From Diadema antillarum (taxonomy: Eukaryota), in assembly GCF_040938485.1 (NCBI RefSeq), contig NW_027271115.1, positions 1,426,001 through 1,490,000 of the forward strand: a DNA stretch of 64,000 nucleotides. Reading direction: 5' to 3'. Each line of letters begins with the position of its first letter. Position 1 is the stretch's first letter. A model generated the notes under the pieces. That model saw only the letters and a list, made by a program, of their open reading frames with translations. It had not been told where the DNA came from and did no database searches. Of this stretch, positions 24,093 through 36,475 are shown in pieces. A program made the position numbers and the translations under genes.

Positions 24093-27000
24093 AACAGTAT
24101 ACTCTTTTATATTTTGCATTATTCTTGGTGATACAGTCTTCAGTGGAAAATTTGATCATTGTTGTTTTCACGCGACTGTGAGAAACAAGATGACTATATG
24201 AAAAAATGTCAGCCGCATCCATCCACCCTCCCTATATTTTGTCCGATAGGAAGAAATGAAACCAAAACACCAATACTTATTTCATTTTTGAGCAATAAAC
24301 GGGTGGTCGAGAAAGCGAGAGTTGAAAATGATCGTCCCTCCGTATAAGTTCCGTGCCTCGGGATCCACGCAGACGCCCTCTGGGGAAACACTATACATGA
24401 AGCCGTCCATGCGAGTTTGTTCCCTGCTATTCCTGGGGCGCACAGCTGCTTGCCTAGTCTGTCTTTGCCAGACTGTGGTCTTGTGTCGATGCGAAACAGA
24501 TTATTGTTATAGGCGCTTGCAAGCTTGACAACATTTGTATAGGCCTACTCGTTCTCATTTTGACAGTCAGGGGGACTATGCACGTCACAACTAAAGACAT
24601 TTTCTGCCACTTTTTTTCCCCTGAAAATCATTGCTATGACATGGTGAAAGGTAAAATGTTTTAAGAGAATAAGGAGGTTTGACTTTTTATGCGTATTTGC
24701 CCTTGTACCGGATTCATGCCAGTGATTTGTTTCTATAAACGACTTTGAATAAGTGAATGTACACAGTGTATTAACCCAGGTACGAGTAAGGAAGCAAACC
24801 AAACAACGACAATAGCAAACGGATTGATTTGATCTGTCATCCAGTTGAAGCAAGTTAGAAAGGTATAAAATGATAATCAATATTTTACACTAACCCTGAT
24901 CGTTAATCCTTTCCCCACCAACATCTCTGAATGGGTGAGTCACTTTGAATACTACTAAACAGGCTGCAAGTAGTAATAGCATGGGGCTTAATTAATGGTA
25001 ATAGTGGGGTTAAGGAGTGCAGTAATCGTGAACGTCCTTGATATTATCGCAAGGTGTCTGAAATGGTAGACTACTCGATGCACCCCAACCGCCAAGACGT
25101 ATCAGCCTCTGATGTGAAATTAGCTAAAAGGAGGCGATCAATACGGACCGAACCGATCCAATATTATGCTCCTGTTTGCTCAGGCAAAGGAGGGGAAGGT
25201 TGCGAGAACGTTTGCCTACATTGGAAGGGGCCTGCAAGAGAAAGGTGTGGTCTGTTAGCAGCCCACTCTGTAAGGAATGAGCATCCTGGGAAATCACGTG
25301 ATATATAATCACGTTGATCTCTCCCTTACTCCACCCCCCATCTCTCTCCACATCGGTCTATCTGTCTATCAATTCACCACTGTATACCTCTCTATCCATC
25401 TAAATGACTTACTGACTGACCATACTTTATAAAATTTTCTTTTCATGAGAGGGAACAGACATACAATTTGTTATATCATCGATGTATTGGACGCACGTTT
25501 CGTTCTATCAAAGTGTAATGAGTATTGTGACTACCTATCTCTCAATCTGTCCAATGACATATTTTATTTAGTTTATCATTTCCTTCCATCTTTATCTCCT
25601 TTCTCTCTACCTGATTCTCTGTTTCCCACTTTCCACAGTCCCTCCCTATTCTCCCCATCTCTCTATCGATCTATCTCTCTCACACATACCACACACACAT
25701 GATGCGCACACAAACTTCATGTACTGTTTCTCTCACAACTTTTTGTTCTTGCTGTGATTGCGAGTCGTATGTGACCTCGGGTGTCTATAGCACTCACGAC
25801 CTGCCTCTCACGCGCTGTGACAGTCCACGGATATAACCGCATAGCATTATAGGCGCTGAGACATATACCTTTAAAACTACAGCATCGGCTCTCGCCTTCA
25901 AAGGCTTTGCTTCGCGAACAGTGTCTAAGGGAGTTGCATCAATCAGAGAATCAAATTAGGGTTGTCCTCGGGAGATTGTGCGCCACTACATTAGACTTAC
26001 GGTGTGATTAAGGAGTTGTAATGTAACATGTAGGCCCCTACCTATAGAGAGCGGTACTACATGAACACTATTCCTTCCCGCCAATAGAGCCATTAATGCG
26101 CAGTTGTTGCTAGTAAGAGTTGAAAGCAGAGGCTTATGAGTAAACCTGTTTCCGTTTTTGGACAATTATTTTTATGACGCATTTACCTTTAGTACGTCTT
26201 TCGTTTCTGCCGAAAATCCTGTTGATTATCGTTAGCTTGCTATAGACAAAATTGTGAAAACTTCCACTGCGTATCTTGTTCTGGTACTATATCCGTCGAT
26301 CTTTTTTCACTCCTCCACTATAAACGGCTATTTTGAATCTCCAGCATCATTTTCAACATAGGCCCTACTATCATGCGCGCATGACATGGCAGGAAATCGA
26401 GATTTAGTCATTTTAGATTTCCGATACAAGTTGAACGCTCACTTCCACTCTTGAATAGTACTCTGTGGTAGCTCTTCTGACATTTATTTCTACCCTGCTA
26501 TGGCAAATCTTCTGAAATTCCTACTCTGCTATTGATGACGGTTTATATTCTTTGTCGTCACCAGTGAGTCGTTCTTCCCCTAAGTCCCTAAGTCATTTGA
26601 AACCATGGCGACTGGACCCCTAAGCTGCGCACACAATGTGTAGGACTCCTATCTCGATGTCACACCTCTATGCGCTCGTTCGTCTGTGTGCGAGCAAACA
26701 TTTAATTCCGTGTCAAACATCTCCGTTTGCTATCAGCAACGATCAAATATTACTTCGTGTCAGAAGAGGCTTTTTTTCTCTCTTTTTTATTCTCTTTTTT
26801 TTTTTGGAGGGGAGGTGGGAGGCATTTTGACCCCTCGTTGTTTTCACCATGTACGACTTGACTTTTCCCGCATTGTGCGACTCACGCATTCTCTTAACCG
26901 TGACATCCGCCTACTGGTACGACCAGTGCAACCCTGCAGTACCAGCAGGCATTCATTCCGTATTAGTAGATTTTCAAGGATGAATATAATACCAGAGAGA

Positions 27001-27126
27001 CCTGATAAGTTATTGTGTTTTATGCATATATCCACACAACTCACTCTCACGTTCGTCTGTCCGATTCAAGCCCTTTTCGTGCGCATCCTTATTTCATTAT
27101 CAAGCAGGGATATGTAAGGTAACAAC

Positions 27127-28404
27127 TTGTTTGTTTGTTTGATAGATACTTTATTTTCTGCAAATCAATATATACATAAATTGAATAATCGTGAACATGG
27201 GAAACATACAAAGTATATTTAAAACAGAGTCGTTTGACTTGCATAAACAACGATATAAAAGGAAATTAATGATATTACAGTATGCATGTCTATGCAGCTG
27301 GGATTACATAACAATATTATATTTAAGAAATGATAATGCAGAGGGCCGCCATTGTAAGCATTGCTTGAAAAGATGGCCGGCCCGAGGAAAAGGTAGGTAG
27401 GTAAATTGGTAAACAATACAAATTCTGCTGCGAAGATAGCAGGGGAAAATAAACTCTGATGTGTGATGGTGGTGAATGTGCGTGCGAGTGCTTGAGAGTG
27501 CACAGGGGCAGATAGGCTGGGATTTGGAATGATAAAATTGGTTTGCTGGAAGAGGGAATGACTTACGATGTTGCTACTATCGGGAGACCAACATAGGTCA
27601 TATAAATTATTCGTGCTTAATTCGTATTTGAAGTATACTGTGATAAAATATGCTTCTTTAAGTTTGCTTTGAATGAAAACAAGGAGGCACACTGTTTCAA
27701 CTCCTCAGGAAGAGTGTTCCATGTATCCGGACCGTGATGTCTAATCGACTTTTGAGCAAGTAAAAGCTTTGGATTACTTAAATGAAAATCATGGGAACGA
27801 CGGGTAGGGTATGAGTGAATATGATCATTAGTTACTAGGGCGTTATGGAAAAATGGTAATAAATTTCGAATGTGTTTATACATAAATATAGCAGTTAAGT
27901 ATGAATGTATATCATGGGCCTTTAGAGTTTTTAGGCGATAAAGGGATCAGTGTGAGCCAAAAAATTTGAATGTGTGCATATACAAACAGCCTTTTTCTGA
28001 AGAAGAAAAATTGTGTTCAATTTGGTTTTGCTACAGTTGCCCCATACAATATTACAGTACATTACATATGGTAGAAATAAGGCGTTATATAACATCATTA
28101 AAGTTTGATCATTAATTAAGTATTTTATTCTCCTTAACACACCAGTTGCTTTAGATATTGCTGTTATAATATTCTGGACATGAGTATTCCAAGTTAGATT
28201 GTTATCTAGGGTCACTCCTAGGAACTTGGTTGAATGTTTCTCAGCAATGTTTATATCATCAATAGAAATACTTTGAGGAAGGGTGGGTTGGGATTGAAGC
28301 GTATGAAAATGTATAAAACATGTTTTATCAATATTCAATGAAAGCTTATTACTTCTAAACCATTTCGAAATATTACTTATACCAGTATTGACTTCTTGCA
28401 GCAA
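27127..28404 (-). mobile_element. 5'-truncated non-LTR retrotransposon (CR1/L2/Crack group): end of RT ORF, 3'UTR and tail
   Basis: KWFRSNKLSLNIDKT, FLGVTLDNNLTWNTHV, LYNALFLPYVMYCNIVWG, LQKKAV, GPDTWNTLPEELK. One frameshift near 27930 joins ORFs 28404-27931 and 27883-27617. AATAAA plus (CAAA)n tail at 27127-27157. Confidence 0.93.
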
Positions 28405-29695
28405 AAGCCATGAATTTAATGATGAAGGAGCAAACAGGGGTGGAGAGAGAAACCGACAAACTGTTATCTTTCTTTTACTCTTCCCTTAGAAAATAGTTTA
28501 GGAAAAATGCGTCATCTTTACATGCATATGACAGGAGAGACACATTTCTACCTCGTGAAATATTCAGGCGATAACATATTAACTGCTTGATATTTTGAAC
28601 ACACATTTTGTTTCAGTAAGAAAAGAAAAACTGTTACGAGTTCATTAATTTATCACTACGGTAATGTAGGCACGTTTTTGATTACATAGTGGTCGATACC
28701 ACGGGATACTATACCTCTTGCCGAAAAAAAAAATAATGCAGCAGGATTTTGAAAGATTTCGTATTGACACATGTTTTTCGTCATCTATCGATTTTCCAGG
28801 TTTTCATCATTATTATTTTCGGACTGTTTGAGCAAGACATTAATGTGTATTGTTTCACAACATAATTGTTATGATACACGCTCCCGCAATAAAAGTTTGT
28901 CAAGCTGATGGGCAGGTCTGGGGGGGGGGGGGAGGGTAATTTTTTTTTCTGAAGAAATGAAAGGCTGCATTAACACTTCGCTCTGTGTGTTCGACAAGTT
29001 CGTACATGTATTGAGGGGTTTTTTTTCTCGCTGAGTTGTGTGACCAAGCAGTAGCTCCTTCATCCTCCCTCGGTAACCATAGTTACCTGCTGAGAGGATG
29101 CGGTAATGGGAGTACAGATAACTTTCGCCTCTCCTCATTTAGGTAAATGTGATTCCAGCAGTGGGAATGCTGATAATGTTATCCTCGTTGCATAGTCTAA
29201 AACAATCAAAAGAGATGGATCCGAAATCTGATTGTCACAGTTACACAGGAACGTATCCCTTTCGGGGGATTTGACGTAGCGTATCATTCTTTCTAGTCAG
29301 AATGCTGATAACAGCAGGTGTATGTCAATCAAGTAAAATCTTTTTAATCAAGAGAAAGCGCTTCAATTAACTAAGAGCAAAAATTTTGTTTCCGAAGAGA
29401 TGGAGGAGTACCATATCAGTCTCCACTCTCCCCTGTATATTTGAGAACTCGCCACAAAATAATACCGGCCGTATTTTCTGATTACATGTTGTGTGCTTCG
29501 AATGTGTTTATGTCATGCACCATAGAGTCGTGAATTGAGTATTCCGATCATTCATATCAGCGAACAATGCCCGCACACAGCTATCCACTTCATGTTAGCA
29601 CCCGCCCATTTCATAAACTGCCACAGAACTGAAATTACTTCCGTTCAAATTGCCTGTCTTACTAGATGGGCGTGAATGCTCTCGGGTCTGTCTAG

Positions 29696-30121
29696 GGCTG
29701 CGTTTATCAACTTTCCTCTGTTTAAACGGCTTTCAAAAGCCGTTTCCAAAGCCCTTTAGAAACGGCTTCCAAAATAGCTGCGTTTATCAACTCTTCGCGA
29801 ACAAGATAACTGGCCTGTCACTGCACAGCTGCATTGCGCGATTCGACCCGACGAGAAGAGGTCATATAAGGAGTGCATTGTTCGTAACTGCAGTACAATA
29901 CTACAAAGCCGTTTCAAAACAGCTTTGCGTTTATCAACTTCAAAAGGCTTTTACAAACAGGTTTCTGAAAACCTGTTTAGGAAACCACAAATTTGCGGCT
30001 TTCGAAAAAGCTTTCCGAAAGGGCTTTCAAAACAGCTTTGCGTTTATCAACTCGTAAATATTCCTTGAAAGCTGTTTGGAAAACCTGTTTCTGCAGAGAA
30101 AAGGAGTTGATAAACGCACCC
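29696..30121. mobile_element. MITE, PIF/Harbinger-like, with 3-bp TSD (TAG) and internally repeated TIR motif
   Basis: TAG|GGCTGCGTTTATCAACT...AGTTGATAAACGCACCC|TAG. GCGTTTATCAACT recurs at 29780, 29927 and 30040. Confidence 0.85.
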
Positions 30122-33100
30122 TAGGACGCAGTGTATCTTATAAAATAAACTGCTTCTAAGTAAGTCGTAGAGGGCGTATATAAAACTTTTCTTTTATTAG
30201 CCATCGTCCTTTCAAATACTAATCGTTTTATAATATAGGGATTTTATACGTGCTCAACTACAGCTTTCAGCAAGTTCTCTTGTTAGTATTTGGACTAATC
30301 ACGGTCAATAAAGTGTCTCTTCGAGAATAGACTCGTGACGTAAAGACAATAGGCCTATAATCACCACTAAGTCAATACTTACGATGAAAATGTATCGCTG
30401 TGTGCCTCAAAGTTACTTTAAAATGGTTGCGCTATCAAGGGCCAAAAAAAAAAGGAGAAACATTTTAAGACTCTCTTCCTTCATGGCAGCTATATATAGA
30501 GTGCGTCCTTATCATAAAATTTGCTGTAATGACAAACAAACAAGAGCGATATAGTATTGTATTGGAGATGACTGCCAGTCGAAGGAGTATGTGTATTCTT
30601 ATGATTTATATATTGCACACACATACTGCATTGTTCTTTTATGTCCTGATTTCATAAAAATCAGGATAACTTTAGCATCATCTCACCCTCTTTGGTTTTT
30701 CTCTTTCAGCCTAAGGTGACAACTGTCATTCAACACAAATTGCGTTCACATCGGAAGAATATGTATATCTTTCTCAAGTATCACTTGTTATTACGGAGGT
30801 TATTTGGCCAGGTTTTCTGTGAATGGCAAAGAAGCATGGGCCTACGTAGCGCATTCTCAGGGCGTTGCCAGCCTCCGCAAGAGGACGCATGACCACAATG
30901 CGACATCGTCCTCTTCCCCTGCTCGCCCCTTCCGAATTCGACACCCCATCTTCTCCTCTTGACACGGAAAATAGCTCGGTCCTGAAAAACGGGGCCCTAG
31001 AGAGTGCTAAGTCGATATCTGTCTCCTCGTGAGGGATTCGAGGCATGAATATTCGCCAGCCTCCGATCGAGACAGCTGTGCAGTCGGCACTTTATACAGG
31101 CGGAGAAAGTTACACATGTGTGATTTTGCAAAAGCTCCTGCAAACGAAGCTTGAAAGCGGCAAAGAGGCTAAACCGTTTTTCCGCAGATACTGGGAGTCC
31201 TCATTAATGCATGGACATACGTCACGTTAACAGAGGTTTCATAATGAGTGTCAATGCATGATGCAACCAACCAATCAAAAACCAGTGCTTACTATAGGTA
31301 GTGACGTGGAGTTGAGCGGTAAAGAATGGTACAACAAAACACATTGAACAAAATTAATCTTTAAATTCCACAACCCAAGATTTACGATCCAACCACTGTA
31401 TTGTCAATCATTACAGACAATAATAGTTCAACAAGTAGGTGCCTTAATCACATTATGATATTCTTACTCTGTCCAAAATCTCTTAATGTGCTTTCCCTTT
31501 TATTCCATGACGCATACCATCTTGGAATGATTGTTATATGAACCCAAGACAATTAATTCAAGTAGCTTTGAAACGAGACGTTTGACAGTTAGTTCTTGAC
31601 TGAAAAGACGTAGCTTTTATTATTCCTATAGGATCATATCAAACGACGAGGGTACTGCAGCAAAATAAAATATAATCCTCGTGGAAGGCTACAATAATAC
31701 CGTCATTGTTTACACTGGAAACTGCACGCTTTTACGTATTTATGAATGATAAAAAGGTGTATACCGCAGTGTGTTATAGGGAATTTCGTTCTCCCGAAGG
31801 ATTCGAGTTTGTCTGTAATCAACTGGAGGGGGGGGGGGGTATTGAAAATCGCGCTATCACATACATTACGGGCACGTGAGAGATGGAATTATAACTTTTT
31901 TCAAATTCGAAGTGAGAATGATCTGCCTGTCCATGACCAAAAGTCAATCCGAGATAACAAACCAGTAGACACGTCTATAGAGACTTAACACAGGCTCATG
32001 TTCAAGAAAAAAAAAAAGAGACGGTAAAACAACAACAACAACAACAATGAATCCATGTGCCATGGATAGTGATTGAAAAAAAAACCAAGAATAGGTTCAA
32101 ATTTCAAAAATAGTCATCATAATTATTATGAGAAAACAAAATAAAGACAAAATTGATACGCCATATAAAGGTAAAGATAAGCACTCAAAGAACAAAGAGC
32201 TTTATTAGATATGTGGATGCATGCTTATAGATGACTGAATGTCTAAATTACACAAAATACATCCATTCATCCTTCCAAAAGCGAGCATAGAATAAGTTGC
32301 ATCCGTGCAAACACAGGTGCACACATCCATGCACACATTTTGTGTATTTTTTTTTCGCGGTAAACAGATAATAGCTGAAGAGACTACTACAAATGAAATG
32401 ACAGACAATCAGTTACATAGAGAGGTATACGGGGGGGGGGGGGGGTGATAGTGCTAAAGAATGACCAGCATTGAAAACGTCTGACTCCCACGAGTTGATG
32501 AATAAAGCTTGAAGCAGTCTGACTCATACCATGACACATTCATCACAACACGGAGCGAGTGCAGAGCGCGAGCATTAATGCGGAATCAATTTGAGCATAA
32601 TCGCACCGGCGGGTCACGGCCAGACTGCCCCCATCATCGCTGCGGAAGGAAGCACCGCCGTGATTCTATACCCGCGCGACCTTCCGTCTCGGTCAGCGTA
32701 TGAATAACCAGGTTTCAGTATATCAGGGCATTCTCCAGACTGATCCCTGCCGTATGGAAAAAAAGAAAGAAAGAAAGGTGATGACTAAATAGATACTGGG
32801 ACAGAATGCAACAGGGGATGGGCGGGCGGGGGGGGGGGGGAGGTATATGGAGGAGAGCAGCAGGAGCAGTTCCCCCGCAGATATTTTTAAGGTGTGCCCT
32901 TGTACGGGACTTTGCTTGAATCTACACGAGCTCAGATGTCGGTAGTGATAGTGGTTATATGCGAATATGAATATTTCATCGGAATGTGGTGATATCATCT
33001 ATAAGAACAAAGTGTCGGCATGGAATCATCTGTCGTGAAACGTCAAAAGTGGTAATACCGTCCATTCTTGTCATAGATTAATAAGTTATGACGTGATAGA

Positions 33101-36100
33101 GCAATGTGCCAAGGTTAGATTATCATCTAATTTCAAACCTCGGGGATTCAAGTTAGCCTTGACTTACCCTCGATGTACAAGATATCGATGTGCATCGCAG
33201 CTCGTTCTCTTATCTTATAATCCGAGACTAGAGCATTTTGTTTAATTTCGTAAGTAATGTTTGCGCATTGATTTGATGACTGCGCAAATGAAAAAAAAAA
33301 TTGGAATGAAATCGAATCCTCTTTATGAGAGTACACTGTCTTAATTCATAAGATTACCACTCAAGTTTCGTGTCAAAGTTCGGGATTATGAATAATCAGA
33401 AAGATGTACTCTAATTTCGTGCGCGCGTAGCTTTGTGCAAGAATGTGTCGATGCCGTAAGCAGCCTCACATGACATGACGTCACATTTAGCCCGTATCGT
33501 AATGCGCCCACTTTGTTATCTTTCGAAGATGTGGACATATTAAAAACGGAACTTGGGCAACAGAAGCATAGATCTATTCATATACCCTTCAATTTCGTTA
33601 TCGTCATGCAATTATTGCGCTCGATTGATATAAGCTTTAATGACCAATGCGCATGATGAATATGATTATGATCCGCTTTCTTTGCTTTATCTGGATCGAT
33701 ATTCTTGTAAAGTCAACGTCTCAATCCACAGCAGTTCAAGGAACGATTTTCCGTATAACTTTCTGTGGGTTTATTAATGTATATTCTTTGCTCATTCTCT
33801 CACACCTTAATCTCACTCTTTCTTTCTATAATGATAAATAGAGAAAGTTAACATCTTGATTGTTAACGGTACTTAATGGTACGCCCTACAAAATTCGATC
33901 TCCCCGATTTCATCAAGCAAAAATGAATGAAAAATTTCATGCATTTGTATAGTAGATGATTCATCTCGAAACATCGGCACAAGCTTCATGGGGATAAGGG
34001 CGTGCTGAATGAGATATATCTACCGATACCTAGCCTGACAAAGCAGTTGGCTTCCACATGCAGTAAAAACACATCGGCACCAAGACATTACCCCTTCCGT
34101 CCCTCCCCACTCCCTCCCTAAGACAGAAATGCAATCTACTAGGGATAATTTACCATGGCACCTGCTTCAAAGTCAATATCATTCCAAACAGCTATTTCTG
34201 GTGCATTTCAATCCCTGGGATGAGAAGGTTGATAATTGCCAATTACAGCAAAATTATTCCTCTTTCATAGCGCCCATTTCCAGATGCCATTAGCGCTACA
34301 TCTCGGTTTCTCCAGCTGCCTGAACGGTCTCGGGAGTGGTCACGTGTTAACTTTACTAATGGCGGGAAAATAATGGCGGGCAAAATTGTGTGGTTTTGTG
34401 CTGCCCGATCTGTAGGAGATATTCCTTAACCTTCGTAAGGCAAGAGATAGTTTTTTTTATATGTTATTATATTTCATAAAATATATCGGTCATGAAATAT
34501 TATAAAAGATTTAAAGCGAACCCAAAACGAAGTTAGTGGCAGCAGAAAGTGTTTCTTTTTTTTTCTACCTCGAATTGCCTCACATCTCTGTCTCTGTGGT
34601 GATGTAACTTTAAATTGTCTTTTTATGATATCGTTGATGTTGGGAATTTGTTTTACATGTTTCATTTGGGCATCCAAACACACAGTTTTGCTTTGTGACA
34701 CTTCACATTGTACACTGCGATTCTGTTCTTTTTTCAATGTCGGCGCTCCCTTTAATGCCTTCCGCCAATGAACTAAGTTGAACTGAAAATACAAAGAGAG
34801 TGACTCCGTTAGAGTAAAGGCAAATGGAAGATGTGTCGATAATGTTGACATTTTGAAAAGGAACGTAAGGTACCACTAGGTTGTGGAAGATCGATATAAG
34901 TCAAATCAAAATCAGTTTCGATTTTGTATTTATCATAAAAGACATAACATTTATTCCATTTCGATTCATAGTATTTTCCTTGATTACAATTTTGTGTCAT
35001 TAATTTTTGTTTTTGTGTCCTTATGTACGTATATCAAGTCTTTATTTGCAGTTGCATAGGACATGAAACGAAAGAGATGAGATGAGATAAAATTAAATGA
35101 AATTAAAAGGTTTCTTTATTTTCGTTTCCGTTTCGCTTTTCTTTTTGTTTAAAAACAGAGCCAACCTCCTCCCACACACGCACACACCCACACACACACG
35201 CACGTACGCCGAAACTCAGACAATCATTTCATTGTCATTTACCCAACGGATGTTTCACATGCATGCATGTATAATATTCCGGCTGTTTTTTCGATTTATC
35301 TTGACAAAGAACTCTGAAAACAGTCGGTGCATCGGTTCTCTCTCTCTCGCCGACATTCTCTGCGCTTCCCAGGCCTCCCCCTTCCACCCCCCCCCCCCCC
35401 ACACACACACACATCATTCCAATCTTGTTGAATTGCTTCACGGAATTTATGGCAAGCCTATAAGTGAAAGTTTGGCTTGTAGGCGCCAGCCCAGACAATG
35501 TGACATTAAGTGAATTAATTTTGTGACGGTATTTTTTGCTCATCTAATCCGTTTAACGCGATTTGTTGAGCATGCAGGCAGTGGGACGGGGATATTGATT
35601 TATTTCAATCTAATGCATATCGACTGATTTCGAAGACGTTTACCTTCGATGAAAAAACACTGTTTTCGTGATTCGGGTTTTGTTTTTTGTTTTGTTTTTG
35701 CTTATTTTTTTTGTAAGTGGAACCATCGATTTTCGGGCAAAGTGAAGTGTAAATAAATAATGTTTGCCAATCAACGTGTTCAAGACTCGCGAGTGTGTGC
35801 ACTTGTTTAATGCATGTTCCCGCGAATGAGTTCATAAAATTTTCATGAATACTAACGACATTCGTTGTAAATCAGGCATGATTATGGCAATGAATAGTAT
35901 GACCAATATGTTGTGCGTAATTCAATTTCCCGGTCAATTGTCTGACCCATGCAATGCCCCTATCCCCAACCTACCCTCGCCTATTTCGGGATAACAGTAT
36001 CCATTTCCCATGAATGTCAACAAAAGATTCAGAATGGTAAATTGTAGTTGGATGTTTTATTTTTTTTGCCCGTTTATAGTTGTAAACTTTCTCAACGAGC

Positions 36101-36426
36101 ATTTTTTTTTGACAAAATAGCGACCATTTGATGATAAGTGCGTTGTGACATTCCAAATTATCATAAAATTGTCTCGCAAATTTCACCGATCACCTTATTC
36201 AAAGTAATATACCATTGTCATTTCATTAATGTACACGTAAATATCTGCCATTACCAAACAATAGTATGCTAAACAAAGCCTATAGAACACAAAAATTATG
36301 ATTTTTCTAAAAGTATATCGTTTGCAATGACAATCACAATGACACAGAATGAAAAGAGAATCTCTTCTTAACTGCATCCATTAACCTCAGGCTTACAAAT
36401 ATTTATTTCTCTTATCTCTTTGACAG

Positions 36427-36475
36427 AAAAAGGCTCAAGATTCATGGCACGTGAACGACGTCTTCCCAGCTGTCG
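36427..36475 (+). CDS. FSTL4/5-like: FSTL4/5-like micro-exon KKAQDSWHVNDVFPAV(D), 49 nt, phase 0 to 1
   Basis: Strong acceptor (tatttctcttatctctttgacAG) and donor (G|GTGAGT). Open frame; the final G plus AT of the next exon gives Asp in frame with the Kazal exon. Confidence 0.65.

Noticed and set aside
24397-24528. MKPSMRVCSLLFLGRTAACLVCLCQ as the FSTL signal-peptide exon
   Set aside because: No credible phase-0 donor before the stop codon.
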